Origin: Antedon mediterranea
Taxonomy: Eukaryota; Animalia; Echinodermata
Assembly: GCF_964355755.1 (NCBI RefSeq)
Contig: NC_092670.1
Location: 37,560,388 to 37,624,387, forward strand
DNA length: 64,000 bases
Direction of reading: 5' to 3'
Below are positions 50,983 to 63,579 of the stretch, one piece after another (the stretch's first letter is position 1; each line of letters starts with the position of its first letter). Both the position numbers and the translations under genes were made by a program. Under the pieces are notes generated by a model, which saw only the letters and a list, made by a program, of their open reading frames with translations, was not told where the DNA came from and did no database searches.

Positions 50983-53900
50983 CAATGTAGACATTTTATT
51001 CACTGTAATAAAGAATGTACGATTTACACAAAAAATTCTTGCTAAATAATTGAATGTACAGGATGTAGCGTAAACACAATAATGAATTTACTGCAGTACT
51101 TGACATGGCCAGGAAAAGTAGATTCAGATTTCTTTACTTACTACTGTATCCCTAAGCCAATTCTCCAACTAATTAATAATATAATAATATATACATTTAA
51201 AGTATATCTTTAAAGTATTTTATAAAGTTATCAACCTTTTATTTTACCACAACTACTTACTGTACATGCAGTTAATTCTATCTTTCTCTCCTGAATCATA
51301 TCGCCAGGAGAGATAACCTACAATTTTGTATTAACTGTCCCCAATGCTACAAAATATTTATGTTTCATTTTTGTATACAGTGTTCATTGTATTTATTTGG
51401 TTTGGTTGTCCTCTGTCCTCTGCTTAGATTTTCTCTCTTAAAACTTTATGATTAAGATTTGATAGTGTTTATAAACTGTTAGCAGGAATTAAGGATGTAT
51501 ATGTACAGTACATTATCAAATGGCTGTGGAATGATAAGTGTATCCATCTATCTCATCTTAAACTTGGTTCAGTCAGTGCCAAGGTAATAACAGATTGCAC
51601 AGTGATAATACAGTTAGGAGATTGAACTTTATTTATTTTGAATAACTTTTATTGTACTATACTATTACTACTGTACTTTGATAATATTTTGAAACATAAT
51701 TTTCCCTTTTTCCCCCAAAACCAAGTAACAAGTCATATATGTAATCAAGTATAACAGCATGCATTTCTGCTGTACAGTGAGTGAACAAAACGTCTTCAAT
51801 CTTCTAATACCCGATATTTTGCAGTTAAACGGTACATTGCATGGATAGCTGGTTTAACGATGCATAACTGGTTATTGTTATATTGACAATACCAATTATT
51901 GTACTGTACATGTCAAGTATTAGGTTGCTGCTGACTTTTCAATTATTAACATAAAAAGCCATAATAAACAACAGAAAATTTTTCTTTTTAAAAATACTTT
52001 GACAAAAAAGTTTTAGTTATAAAAATGAAAGAAAGACAATTTATATAAAAAATTAAGAGATTTTTGGTGTGTGGCATGAGAGGTTGAGGTTCGTCAAAGA
52101 ACCTCACAGAAGGTGTGAAACTTGACGCAAACACTTAACCCATTATTTTTTAAATTTTGTCCATTTTTGCCAAGAAACATTAGGTACTCACACACATTCA
52201 CTTAAGGCATTAGCATCACTTGCTGATTTTTTAACCAATGAAGTTGCTAGCAACAAATAGAAGCCTCTTGTTGCCTATTGAAAATTCAATAAATAGTGGT
52301 AATTAATTAAATGACAAAGCAAGCTGACTATATCTTAGTTCTTAAATTACTGCACCTAGAAAAACAAATTGTAATCTACTAAATTCCCTATATTATTTTG
52401 TGTATACCCTCAGCACATAAAATGATTACTGTAATTACCATGACGATAATTACCATGGTGATTCATACCGCAGCCTGGCAGGTAACTAGGTCATAAAGAT
52501 TTAAACAGTTTTTAAACGTTTTTTTTTTCCTTTTGTTTTTAGGTTTTTGTTTTGTTATTTTTCTGGTTTAATAGCTTTTTAAATCTTTTTTTTTTGGTGT
52601 ATTATCTCCCTGTTCAGTAATTAACCTTGTGGGTCAAGTGGGTGGGTCTACATTGGAATCAGTAAATAACTTTACTACTCTATATAGAGGATGCCAACTA
52701 TAAACACAGCTGACCTTTCAGATATTAGTCTTTAATTGTCAATATTAAAGGTATGATCATTAAAGTGATGTCATAATTCATTACCAGCATTTTGTGAATT
52801 GATGGCAAATTCACAGAAAACGTCTTGTTATTCACCTGGAGATGATGTAGTTTAAGAAATACCAGTGTAACTGTAACACTATGAAATATCACAATCAAAA
52901 CACAATACTTTGTAGCCACGCAGTAGCTGGTTACGTTGCAGTAGTTTTTAGCTGTACTGTACAGGTATGGGTACAGTATTTTACTTTCAGAAATGTTGCT
53001 AAAAGACTGGGCGGATTCATAGACTTTGACAATCAAAAACAGGATGTCACTTGTGGTTAGGTGTGGGTAGTAGTAAACACTGCCATAATTCACCTATTGC
53101 AGCATAACCTTCAATTACCTTGTTTGATGTTTTACCAGGGGACAACTCCCTGGTTTTACTTTACATTTCTCAAGCAGTTCATTTCAGGTTTGATATTATT
53201 TATATAAATGTATTGTTATGTTTCCACACTACAGTATTTCCTCTATTGGAGAATTCAAGGGATCTAACCCTGATACTGTATTGAAACCAGTTGGATTTAC
53301 ATCAGAGTTCTATTGGAGTTATATAACTGATAACACAAGCATTTACGTCTGCTGTTGTAACTCTGATGATTCTGATGATCTAATAACCAATCTAAACCTG
53401 TTCTATTCAGACAGTGTGTGCAGTATGTGAACAATGTTACAACAAGTCATATTGACTTGATTTGCTGCTAAATCAGTTCTTCGACCTCATGCCTCAATGA
53501 TTTGTTACATCATTCCCTAGATTCCAGTTGTTCCTGCATTGTTAGCCTTCTGTCTGCCTTGTTTTCCTTCCAGGTTCTATTGCTGATTTCTCATGGCATT
53601 TATCCATACGATTTAGCTAGTCAGGTTTATATAGTGATTAGTACGCTGAGTATAGTTGAGTGCCCCTGCGACATTTTGTTTTGATTTAATATTATATAAA
53701 TAACCGTACACTGTTACTATAGTACTTCAAAGTAGTTAGTTGTTTAAATTAAGTTGTAAATGAAAGTGTGATTTCTCTACTACAGTTTAGAATAATTTTG
53801 TATTTACTTTAATAATTTTATATCATGAGTATACTTTTTTGCCCCATGCTGACTTTTGAAACACCGGTCCCTAAAAAACGCAATATAGCTTTAAAAGTAA

Positions 53901-54501
53901 TTGTTTGTGTTGACCATTGTTGGAAAACACAAACATGACAAATATTGTGAAACACTGAACAGTGAAAAAAGGCATCCATAATACAAGTCAGCATAGTTAA
54001 CAAAAGGTAGAGGGCAGTAGACATGTCTTTTGTATAAATGATGTTTATGTAAATAACACATTTCGGAGTGTGTCAGCTTGTCGAGGAATGATGTTGGAAT
54101 ACTAGTGTGTTGGGTTCTTTCCATTTGATGGCAGGGTTTAATGCATTGTACTGTAGGTTCTAGCCCTCTCTTTGTAGAGAAAGAAGCTATTATTATATTA
54201 TGTACAGGTAAAGTAAGTATCATCCCAAAGCTCTGTCTACACTTTCAAACTTTATGTGAAAAAAAATGTGATGTGCCCATATATGGACATGATGATGTCA
54301 TATCACTACCATATTTGGGCATTTCACTGCCATATTTGGACACATCATACTTTTTTGTCAAACTAGTTTGATACTGTATACAGAGATTTACTCTATAATA
54401 CTTTGTACCTAAAGTTATCAGCTCAATCTTGAAAGTTTGAAATAACTTTACGTACTGTATATGAATACTATGGTTAAATAATTCTGAATTTTTTTTTTCA
54501 G

Positions 54502-54688
54502 ATCCAAGTAGACAGAGTAGCAAAATATCGGCCCTTGAGCCTATGGACACTATCTTTGTGAAGCAGGTAAAAGTACCAGGGCCAGCACACGAAGCAGGCC
54601 TAGCTACCGGAGATCGCATCATATCAGTTAACGGGGAAAGTGTTACTGGAAAATCATATAATACTGTTCTAGCTCTTATACAAGAAAG
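54502..54688 (+). CDS. ARHGAP21: ARHGAP21/23 exon, PDZ C-terminal half
   Basis: ttcag|ATCCAA...GAAAG|gtatgt; [42 protein letters not shown]. Confidence 0.93.
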
Positions 54689-55713
54689 GTATGTATTTAG
54701 AGTGCATAATAAACAGCTAGTGAGCTGGATTGCTTCTCAAGCTCTGTCTACACTCTATCAAACTTTATGTGATATGCCCATATATGGACATGATGATGTT
54801 ATCACTACTATATTTGGGCATATCACCACCATATTTAGTTTGATAGTGTAGACAGAGCTGTAGAGTGTAGTAAACGGCTAGTGAACTGGATTGCTTCTAA
54901 TGCTATAAAGTTTCCTGGCTCCATTGGTGAAGAATCATACTAAGGCCCTGTTCAGACCCATGGCGTTAGACCGTTTTAGCGTACGACGCTAAAAGAATGT
55001 GTGTCTGAACAGTTGGGGATTAGCGTACAACGCGTCGTACAACGGTTGTAGCGTTGTAGTGGAAAACGGTTGATAGTACCGTTTTAGCGTATGACGCTAC
55101 TGGGTCATTCCATCTCAGATCACCCAATGAGTTAAACCCTACCTCTTCCAATTTTGATGAAATTTGGTATATGGGTGATTTATAGCAATTAAAGCCAAAA
55201 TTTCAAATTTTAACTTTATCGGACCAACGGTTTTCGAGATATCGCAATTTCAATTTTCGGTTTTTACGCAAAAAAGGGCGCGGCCGCCACGTTTTAAAGA
55301 GCTGTATCTCGGGAACTATAGGTTCGATTTTAAAAACAAAGGTATTTTTGTAAAGGGGAGACCATAAGGAATCTCAATATACTAATTGTGTGTGTTTTAT
55401 ATTAATTTTAAGTTGAATAAAACTTTGACATATATTTTGACCTTGAAATTGACCCCGTGGAACACGCCCGATTTGTTGGTGACTATCACGAAAAATGTAA
55501 ACCTACGTGTCGACTACAACATATAAAAAAATTGGAGGGGTTTTTTTGTTTGTTTCCATGAAATTACAATTTGAAGTTGACATACCTCTTCCTTTTAGTG
55601 TATTTTTGGTGTCTGTCCATGCATTACTTCAATGTCAATTTGATGTATTCCAAAAATAATTTTATTTACAAACTAAATATTATTATAATGTTACAATTGT
55701 CTATGTCTGGCCT

Positions 55714-58700
55714 TTACTCCTTGTCATCTGGCCAATTCAAACAGTATTTAGAAATGTTGTGGCGATCATTTTGGGAAATACTGTAATTCCTAGTCGAAGA
55801 GGATTTTATAAACGGAGAGGCTATAATACAATGTACATTTGATTCAGGAATCCAACAACAGTCTTCTTTGGACGGCCAATAAAAGGTTTTCGCTGGCCCA
55901 TGAGGATGCATAAATTTAATTTGATAATCCCCAAACTCTTCTGAGACATCCACCACCAAACCAATCCATGGGACACCATCATAACTACAGCACACAAAAT
56001 TCTGAAGTCTAATAATGGTGGGTTGTGTATCAGCAACAATTTCATTTTCATCACTGAAAGATTCTTGAATCACAACCACATCCGGAGGGTTTATCTGGGT
56101 ACTAAGTTTGTAGACCTGCATCTGTGCCAGAGAAACTGGAACAAAGCGATGATATTGTAATGTACCCTTGATGGTCTGGGCGAGGTTGAATCTCGGCTTT
56201 ATTTCTTTTTCCACAGTAGATACCTCATCTATTCCCACATGAAAAAAGTTGATGCCTGGAATGTTCTTTACACAGTAGTCGAACATACTGAGAGATGTGA
56301 GAATATGACATTCAGTCAAACGCTGTAAGCTTCTCTTAGGCCCTGTTCAGACCCATGGCGTTAGACCGTTTTAGCGTACAACGTTACTATCAAGGTCACG
56401 TTACAAACTGCAGAGAAAAAAACGAGGTGTTCAGACCCATAGCGTACGATTATCGTTACAACGGAAGTACGTCATCCAAGTTGTTTCTAGTTGCATATTC
56501 ATGTGCTCTTACCCACGTGTTTTCATCATTATTTCCACTGTATACAGGCCTAGATCTCAGCCCTACAATTATGACAAAATTTGCCGTAAATAAAACATAC
56601 CTCAGCATTTATTTAAGAAAAATATAGTAAAGCCAAATTTCTGTTTCTATTGTTTTTATTTTGTAGTAAAATCATTTTCCCCAGGCTCTTGTGTTACCAT
56701 GGAGTAAAGAATAAAATAAAGCAGGCCTCGTAATGATGAAGAAAAAAATGATTGTGATTAGTCTATCCAGTCCAGTCAAAGATTATATATTCTTTGGTCC
56801 AGTCGGTTGAAAATAACCCTTAACTTGCTAATAAAAGGGAAACAGCTCCCCTTGTTTGTTTACTGATTTTTTTAGGAGTTAGGGGGTTTTCAGCATTAAA
56901 CTTGTCCAGTCTAGTCTGCCTTGTATGAATGAGTGACTTGATGTCCCAGGCTAGTTTTTAGCTTGAATGAAATGCGTGAATGGCTCTAGGCCTGCTAGGC
57001 CTAAAAGCGGATGGGATCGTAGTCCCTATGTTTAAATACAAGGTGCATGTATTTATGTCATTTGTTAGAAAATATAATGGTAATCAGTTGATAATAGTTT
57101 GTAGCCTTTGTAACAGTTGTATTTGTAGTGTAGTTAGGCCTTATTTATTCTGGCCTTTTTGTTATTGAAATCCATCTCACACATTGACGATACAAGATGT
57201 CAGCCTAGGTCAAACCTTGTTTCGCGTCATAACAGGAAACGTTCTGATTGGATACAACGTTGACTTACAGTTGCGTCGTACGCTAAAACGGTACTATCAA
57301 CCGTTTTCCACTACAACGCTACAACCGTTGTACAACGCGTTGTACGCTAATCCCCAACTGTTCAGACACACATTCTTTTAGCGTCGTACGCTAAAACGGT
57401 CTAACGCCATGGGTCTGAACAGGGCCTTAGTGACAAGCCTCTTAACTGTTCCACCTATGCCATCACATGCACTCTTGCCATGTGATGTAGCGAAAAAATT
57501 CCACTCGGCGTCTAAACCAAAATCTTCCTGGTGGTGGCAAAGGTTAATAAAGTTATATTTGTTTTTGTATTGGCCGCCACATCCATCTGTGAAATAATGA
57601 ACTTTTTTCATGGTTGGTAGTTTTGTTTTTAAATAGGGGATGACAACCTTTAAAAAGGCATATACAGTAACTGTTGTATGTTCTCTGCAATCACTTATTA
57701 TGCATATGTTAATGTGTTCCAGGGTGCCATCTTGCAAACAATAGTAGGCTACGAATGGGTGCAACGTTGCCTGGCTATTCTCCCAATGGAAACTCTGTAT
57801 CTCGTCTTGAACGACATATGCATAGTTTTCGGCAAAGTCTCCCTGTAAAATTATTTCTTCCATCGGTTGTAATGTTCCTTTAAGGTTTCTCATATAGCCA
57901 CTTTGAGATTTTGACGTGAAACTATGTCGTGTTAGTTTAACAATTTTGTCAGCCAGGTTTTCGATGAATTCTTCTTTTGGTTCAACAAGAGTAACAAGTT
58001 TTGTCCTGTCAACACTGACCCACTGCGTGTATGTTAATTCCTCTACATCAGCAATTTCTTCACAGTTAGTTAAAAAATTAATAACACCTACACGACCGGG
58101 ACATTGTTTGCATTGACCCATCATGCACACTTCCTCCTCAGGGGAACAAACAGCTTTAGACATAAGATCATGGACGGAGTATGGCAAGCAAGATGTCATT
58201 AGCTTTGGATTCTGGTGATATTTGCAGACGCATACAGAATGCGTCCCTGATGCACCAGCGAGCACACACCACTTGGGGCGAAGGGCAGCAAAAGATGAAA
58301 AGCCTATTTTTTTCTGTGGATAAACAGTTTTCCATGCAGCATGTAGCTCCTTCAGATTTAAAAGCACCAACCGTTTTTGATGTTCAATCTTTTCACCATC
58401 TTTTCCACGAACGCTAACTTTGTCTTTCTTTCCTGGACAGATTCTGCTATTATCATCATTTTCGTAGAATCTTACAACGCTTTCTTTCAATTCTTCTGAT
58501 AAAGACTTTCCCTGGCTCTTGTCACATACTCCCAATATACCCTTTTTCTTTTTTACTTCTCTGCTCTTTTTTACCATGTAATTTGTCGCTCCGAATTCGT
58601 GCATTGTACGTTCCATTGTAAAAGGTGACAGCGTTAGTATCTGAACACGTTCAGAATGTGAGTTGGAGTTCTTGAATTTTTCTTTTAATTCATTATATAC

Positions 58701-59450
58701 TTTATGATGTAATTTAAGGTCAAGGCAGTCTTGTTCATCACCAGAGTCGGACATTTCCAATGGTACATTGTACTGCTCTTCCAACTTACATTTCAGCTTT
58801 TTTGTGCTCTTCTCAAATTTGTCCTTTGCTTTTTTCTTTCTGCTTGAGGGTGCCAGATGTCCAGGTTTTACAGGCGTTTCACCAAGACGTATCAATGATG
58901 CATTTAGATCTATGAGGGATGTGTCCTTTTGAGGGGAACATGATTCAGTATCTGACACAGTTGGAGTAGAAGTATGTGTAGGTTCTTCTGAGAATATAGA
59001 AGTTGATGCACTAGACTCATCCAAAGGTTTACCACATGTTTTTTTAACAGTGATGAAGCATGTTGGGCATAGTTTCTCACCAGGTACAATAGTTGGTGGA
59101 GGGTTTGCCAAACATTTATAGTAATCCACGGACACCACTTTCAACGATTTATTCCTTTTTTTGTTTGGATGAAGGTCACACGGATCGCAACACTTTCGTT
59201 TGAGAGTAGAATACTTTAAAAGAAACACTTGCTCATGATGTAGGCATATTGTGCGTATATTCCTATACTCTATCCCACTACGTAACACTAATAACTTAAG
59301 CTCTTCATCATGTTTCTTTACTTTCCGAATAGCTGGAGCGGTGCTTCTTACATGGATTTTTTGATGACAGGGGTCATCATTAGAATGAAAGCTACAATTC
59401 TCCCTGCAATACAATGCAATAGGCAAACTTCAATTTTGAAACTTGGCCAT
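55714..59450 (-). pseudogene. Sola2 transposase, interrupted by a MITE and an early TGA
   Basis: Motifs CVCKYH, GDFAENY, FTDGCGGQYKNK and FFATSHGKSACDGIGG. Removing 56339-57429 joins ...KRLVTK to RSLQRLTECH... in frame. The ATG at 59450 is followed by TGA at codon 7. Confidence 0.88.
56339..57426. mobile_element. Inner intact 1088-bp copy of the same Harbinger element, opposite orientation
   Basis: TTA TSD on both sides, same 41-bp TIR; reverse complement of the rejoined outer copy apart from scattered substitutions and indels. Confidence 0.92.
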
Positions 59451-62197
59451 AAAGCAACTATTACTGTATCTGGTAAAATTCATCATGCATACTGTATGTG
59501 CCTAATCTACATTCTAGTCTACAGTATAATAAGTACTTACATTTCTCTGAGGCATAAACTTTAAAAAAATAAACTTTTTTCTTGTCTTTAGTGTTGAATA
59601 GTAAGAAAATATAAAATGCTGCAGCTTGTCCAGTTTCTGTGGTCAAACTGTCTAAAAAATGCAATTACAGCATTGTACTCACCCTAATTCCTTAGATTAG
59701 GAATGTTGATTGATGTTTTGTAATTGCTATCCATCACAACATAGTAAGGACACTAAACTATGTGTCAAAATTGATTTGAAAAGTATGTGAGTTACCCAGT
59801 ATTTCTCATATCAAAATATATCTACTGTTTAAGTGGGCCTGATGAGAAAGCGTAACAATAAGACACCTTAACAGTTAGTGTTCACACTGTGTATAAGTAT
59901 AACAACACCAAAAATACACTAAAAGGAAGAGGTATGTCAACTTCAAATTGTAATTTCATGGAAACAAACAAAAAAACCCCTCCAATTTTGTTATATGTTG
60001 TAGTTGACACGTATGTCTACATTTTTCGTGATAGTCACCAACAAATCGGGCGTGTTCCACGGGGTCAATTTCAAGGTCAAAATATATGTCAAAGTTTTAT
60101 TCAACTTAAAATTAACATAAAACACACACAATTAGTATATTTAGATTCCTTATGGTCTCCCCTTTACAAAAATACCTTTGTTTTTAAAATCGAACCTATA
60201 GTTCCCGATATACAGCTCTTTAAAACGTGGCGGCCGCGCCCTTTTTTGCGTAAAAACCGAAAATTGAAATTGCGATATCTCGAAAACCGTTGGTCCGATA
60301 AAGTTAAAATTTGAAATTTTGGCTTTAATTGCTATGAATCACCCATATACCAAATTTCATCAAAATTGGAAGAGGTAGGGTTTAAAATTCCATTTTTTTT
60401 GGGTGAACTGAGATGGAATGACCCTACTGTAAGTCAATGTTGTATCCAATCAGAACGTTTCCTGTTATGACGCGAAACAAGGTTTGACCTAGGCTGACAT
60501 CTTGTATCGTCAATGTGTGAGATGGATTTCAATAACAAAAAGGCCAGAATAAATAAGGCCTAACTACACTACAAATACAACTGTTACAAAGGCTACAAAC
60601 TATTATCAACTGATTACCATTATATTTTCTAACAAATGACATAAATACATGCACCTTGTATTTAAACATAGGGACTACGATCCCATCCGCTTTTAGGCCT
60701 AGCTAGGCCTAGAGCCATTCACGCATTTCATTCAAGCTAAAAACTAGCGTGGGACATCAAGTCACTCATTCATACAAGAAAGGCAGACTAGACTGGACAT
60801 TGGACAAGTTTAATGCTGAAAACCCCCTAACTCCTAAAAAATCAGTAAACAAACAAGGGGAGCTGTGTCCCTTTTATTAGCAAAAGTTAAGGGTTATTTT
60901 CAACTGACTGGACCAAAGAATATATACAGTATCTTTGACTGGACTGGATAGACTAATCACAATCATTTTTTTCTTCATCATTACGAGGCCTGCTTTATTT
61001 TCGTAACACAAGAGCCTGGGGAAAATGTTTTTTACTACAAAATAAAAACAATAGAAACAGAAATTTGGCTTTACTATATTTTTCTTAAATAAATGCTGAG
61101 GTATGTTTTATTTACGGCAAATTTTGTCATAATGGTAGGGCTGAGATCTAGGCCTATATACAGTGGAAATAATGATGAAAACACGTGGGTAAGAGCACAT
61201 GAATATGCAACTAGAAACAACCTGGATGACGTACTTCCGTTGTAACGATAATCGTACGCTATGGGTCTGAACACCTCGTTTTTTTCTCTGCGGTTTGTAA
61301 CGTGACCTTGATAGTAACGTTGTACGCTAAAACGGTCTAACGCCATGGGTCTGAACAGGGCCTAAATGTTGACAAAAACTGTTGTAAAATGGCTAAAATT
61401 ATCCATCGATAGAATACAGAATTATAACACTACAGTACTGTAGTAGCTTGGTGGTTAATATGCTTTGCTTCCAGTTCAAATCCTGATTCAGAACTAAGTT
61501 GATGATATTTTATCTGAATTAGAAATAATCCCTATTTAATACCGTAAGTGACATACAACAAATTTGTAAGAATTTACACATTGCTGGCTAAACCTCTTGT
61601 AGGAATTCCTTATATAGGGATTGAAATAATTGCTTAAATATGTTTGTTCACTGAGCCGCATAAATTGTTATTGACATCTTTGCTAATAATGTCTAAAAAA
61701 ATTCCTAGTTTCATGCTCTATCAGGTGGAATCATAATGAATGTTTGTAAATATTATCAAGCGACTTAAGACAACAATATTTGGTTGAGTGCAGATTTATG
61801 AAAGGTTGAAATGCGCTTAGAGGTAACTGGCCACAAGTTTTGTGATCTAATTATCAGAGAGCTGATCAATTTGTTGATGTTTGTTGTCAACTGTTTGTTT
61901 ACCTTTGTACCTATTTTCTGAAGCAATGGACAATTTCATATGAGTGTGATACCAAAAGTAATTGAGAATATATATAATGCTGTAGTTATACATCCATTGA
62001 TACAGTATATTACTTTTTTTTCAATATAGTTTTAAGATATGACTAAATATGGTGGTGATATGCCCAAATATGGTGGTGATATGCCCAAATATGGTGGTGA
62101 TATGCCCAAATATGGTGGTGATATGACATCATCATGTCCATATAAGCACATCACATTTTTTTTTCACATAAAGTTTGATAGTGTAGAAAGAGCTTAA

Positions 62198-62808
62198 AGC
62201 CCCCTTCCCTACGTTTTTTAGATCTAATTTAAGATCACAAACTATATTTAATGTAAAAATAATACTATATGATCCTATTGCGATAACTTTTTTCGTCTTT
62301 AAACGGTTAAAAATGTGAAAAATAAGTCGATTTTAATAATTATAGCGGTCCGCTATAAATCCCAAAATGCATTGCGTGCGGATTGATATTTTTGTTTTTC
62401 ACCTGTAATTCGCCCACTTTTCGATCGATCGTGAGGCCAAAACAAATGGAAGACTCCTAACTTTTCAGCGAAAATACCGGGTTTTCCCCAATTTGTATCA
62501 ACGGAGTCTGGCAAAAATAGAAAGACAATTAATGCAGCAACTATACAACGTCAGGCTAGGTATATAGCTAGCGTACGATGTTCGTACGTTACCGATGTTT
62601 ACCAGCTAGGCCTACAAAACTAAGCCTAAGACCGTCCACGAGAGGTCTATCGCCGCGAGCTACTTACGTAGTGCATTGTTTCTCACTTTTTATCATAATT
62701 TACCATAAAACGTACATTTAAGACGAGGAATGACGTGGTTTAATGTTTTTAAAGTGATATATATGTATTATTTTCCAAAAAACGTCCAAAATTGCAGGGA
62801 AGGGGTCT
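62198..62808. mobile_element. Kolobok-like non-autonomous element (611 bp)
   Basis: TTAA|AGCCCCCTTCCCT ... AGGGAAGGGGTCT|TTAA. Confidence 0.72.
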
Positions 62809-63579
62809 TTAAGAATAGTGTGCTAGAAATTGTGAAACACAATTTAGAAGGTTAGTTTAATGTAAAATGGTGGTGAGTGAGAACGAAGCTGAACAGATTG
62901 AAAGAAACTTAATTTATTGTACCCAAACTGTTCCATACACCTGATATCACACATAAAAAATAATAATAATATTATAAAATATTGTAACAATTGTTACCTT
63001 AGTAGGAACTTGTGAAAAAAGGTTTCCATTTTACATTCATTCATTCAAAATAAATGTTGCAGACCGTGGCAAGAGTTGAGTATCTTCACATATCTTCCTA
63101 ACTAGTTAATAAAACTTCCAAATGTCAAAATATAGTTTTTATTAGATCATGTCTCAATAAAAACTATATTTTTAATTGATTTAGTGTTGATTCTCGTTTG
63201 TATTTTTGTACAAATACCCAACATTTATTGATTAACCTATAATCATTGTTTATCTTCAGTTCAATATAAACTTTATACAAACTAATGGATAGAAACCACA
63301 AAATGATCATTATGCAAACACAACAATGTGTTAGGTTAAAGTCAGACATGATACTATGATCAGAGGTTGTATTTATATCCTTGTCGTGTCTGTATACCTA
63401 CATACACCCCTTACTGTACACTTTACACTTACTGTACACTCACTGGGTTAAAAGGTATACATGGTATGTATTCAGTTCAATTGTTTAGCCTATCTACAGT
63501 ATTATGTTTAAGCCAATGTTAGTGTGATTAATTGTAATAAATTCAGTAAGTAATTTGTTGAATTTATTTTATTTTCTAG

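Larger units (their letters stand above)
55102..60424 (-). mobile_element. Sola2 DNA transposon, full length and inactivated
   Basis: 4-bp TSD TACT, GGG termini, ~510-bp TIRs (55102-55612 / 59905-60424) and an internal DDD transposase. Confidence 0.88.
54944..61362. mobile_element. Outer ~1.1-kb PIF/Harbinger non-autonomous element, split by Sola2 (parts 54944-55101 and 60425-61362)
   Basis: TAA TSD on both sides; 41-bp TIR GGCCCTGTTCAGACCCATGGCGTTAGACCGTTTTAGCGTAC. Confidence 0.9.

Noticed and set aside
52430-52462. RFX X-box-like motifs (also ~20772 and ~36228) and NRF1-like GCGCATGC at ~36165
   Set aside because: Short motifs expected by chance in 64 kb; no conservation or chromatin data.
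56355-56627. Duplicate 90-aa ORF (also 61074-61346)
   Set aside because: It starts inside the MITE TIR and is duplicated only because the MITE is; no recognisable domain.
59430-59432. In-frame TGA at a likely Cys position as selenocysteine or readthrough
   Set aside because: No SECIS evidence; a nonsense mutation in a dead element is simpler.
59889-60314. 141-aa ORF
   Set aside because: Lies almost wholly in the Sola2 TIR, has a GTG start and no motif.
61441-61490. tRNA gene
   Set aside because: A/B-box-like words are present but no cloverleaf can be formed; treated as a SINE relic.
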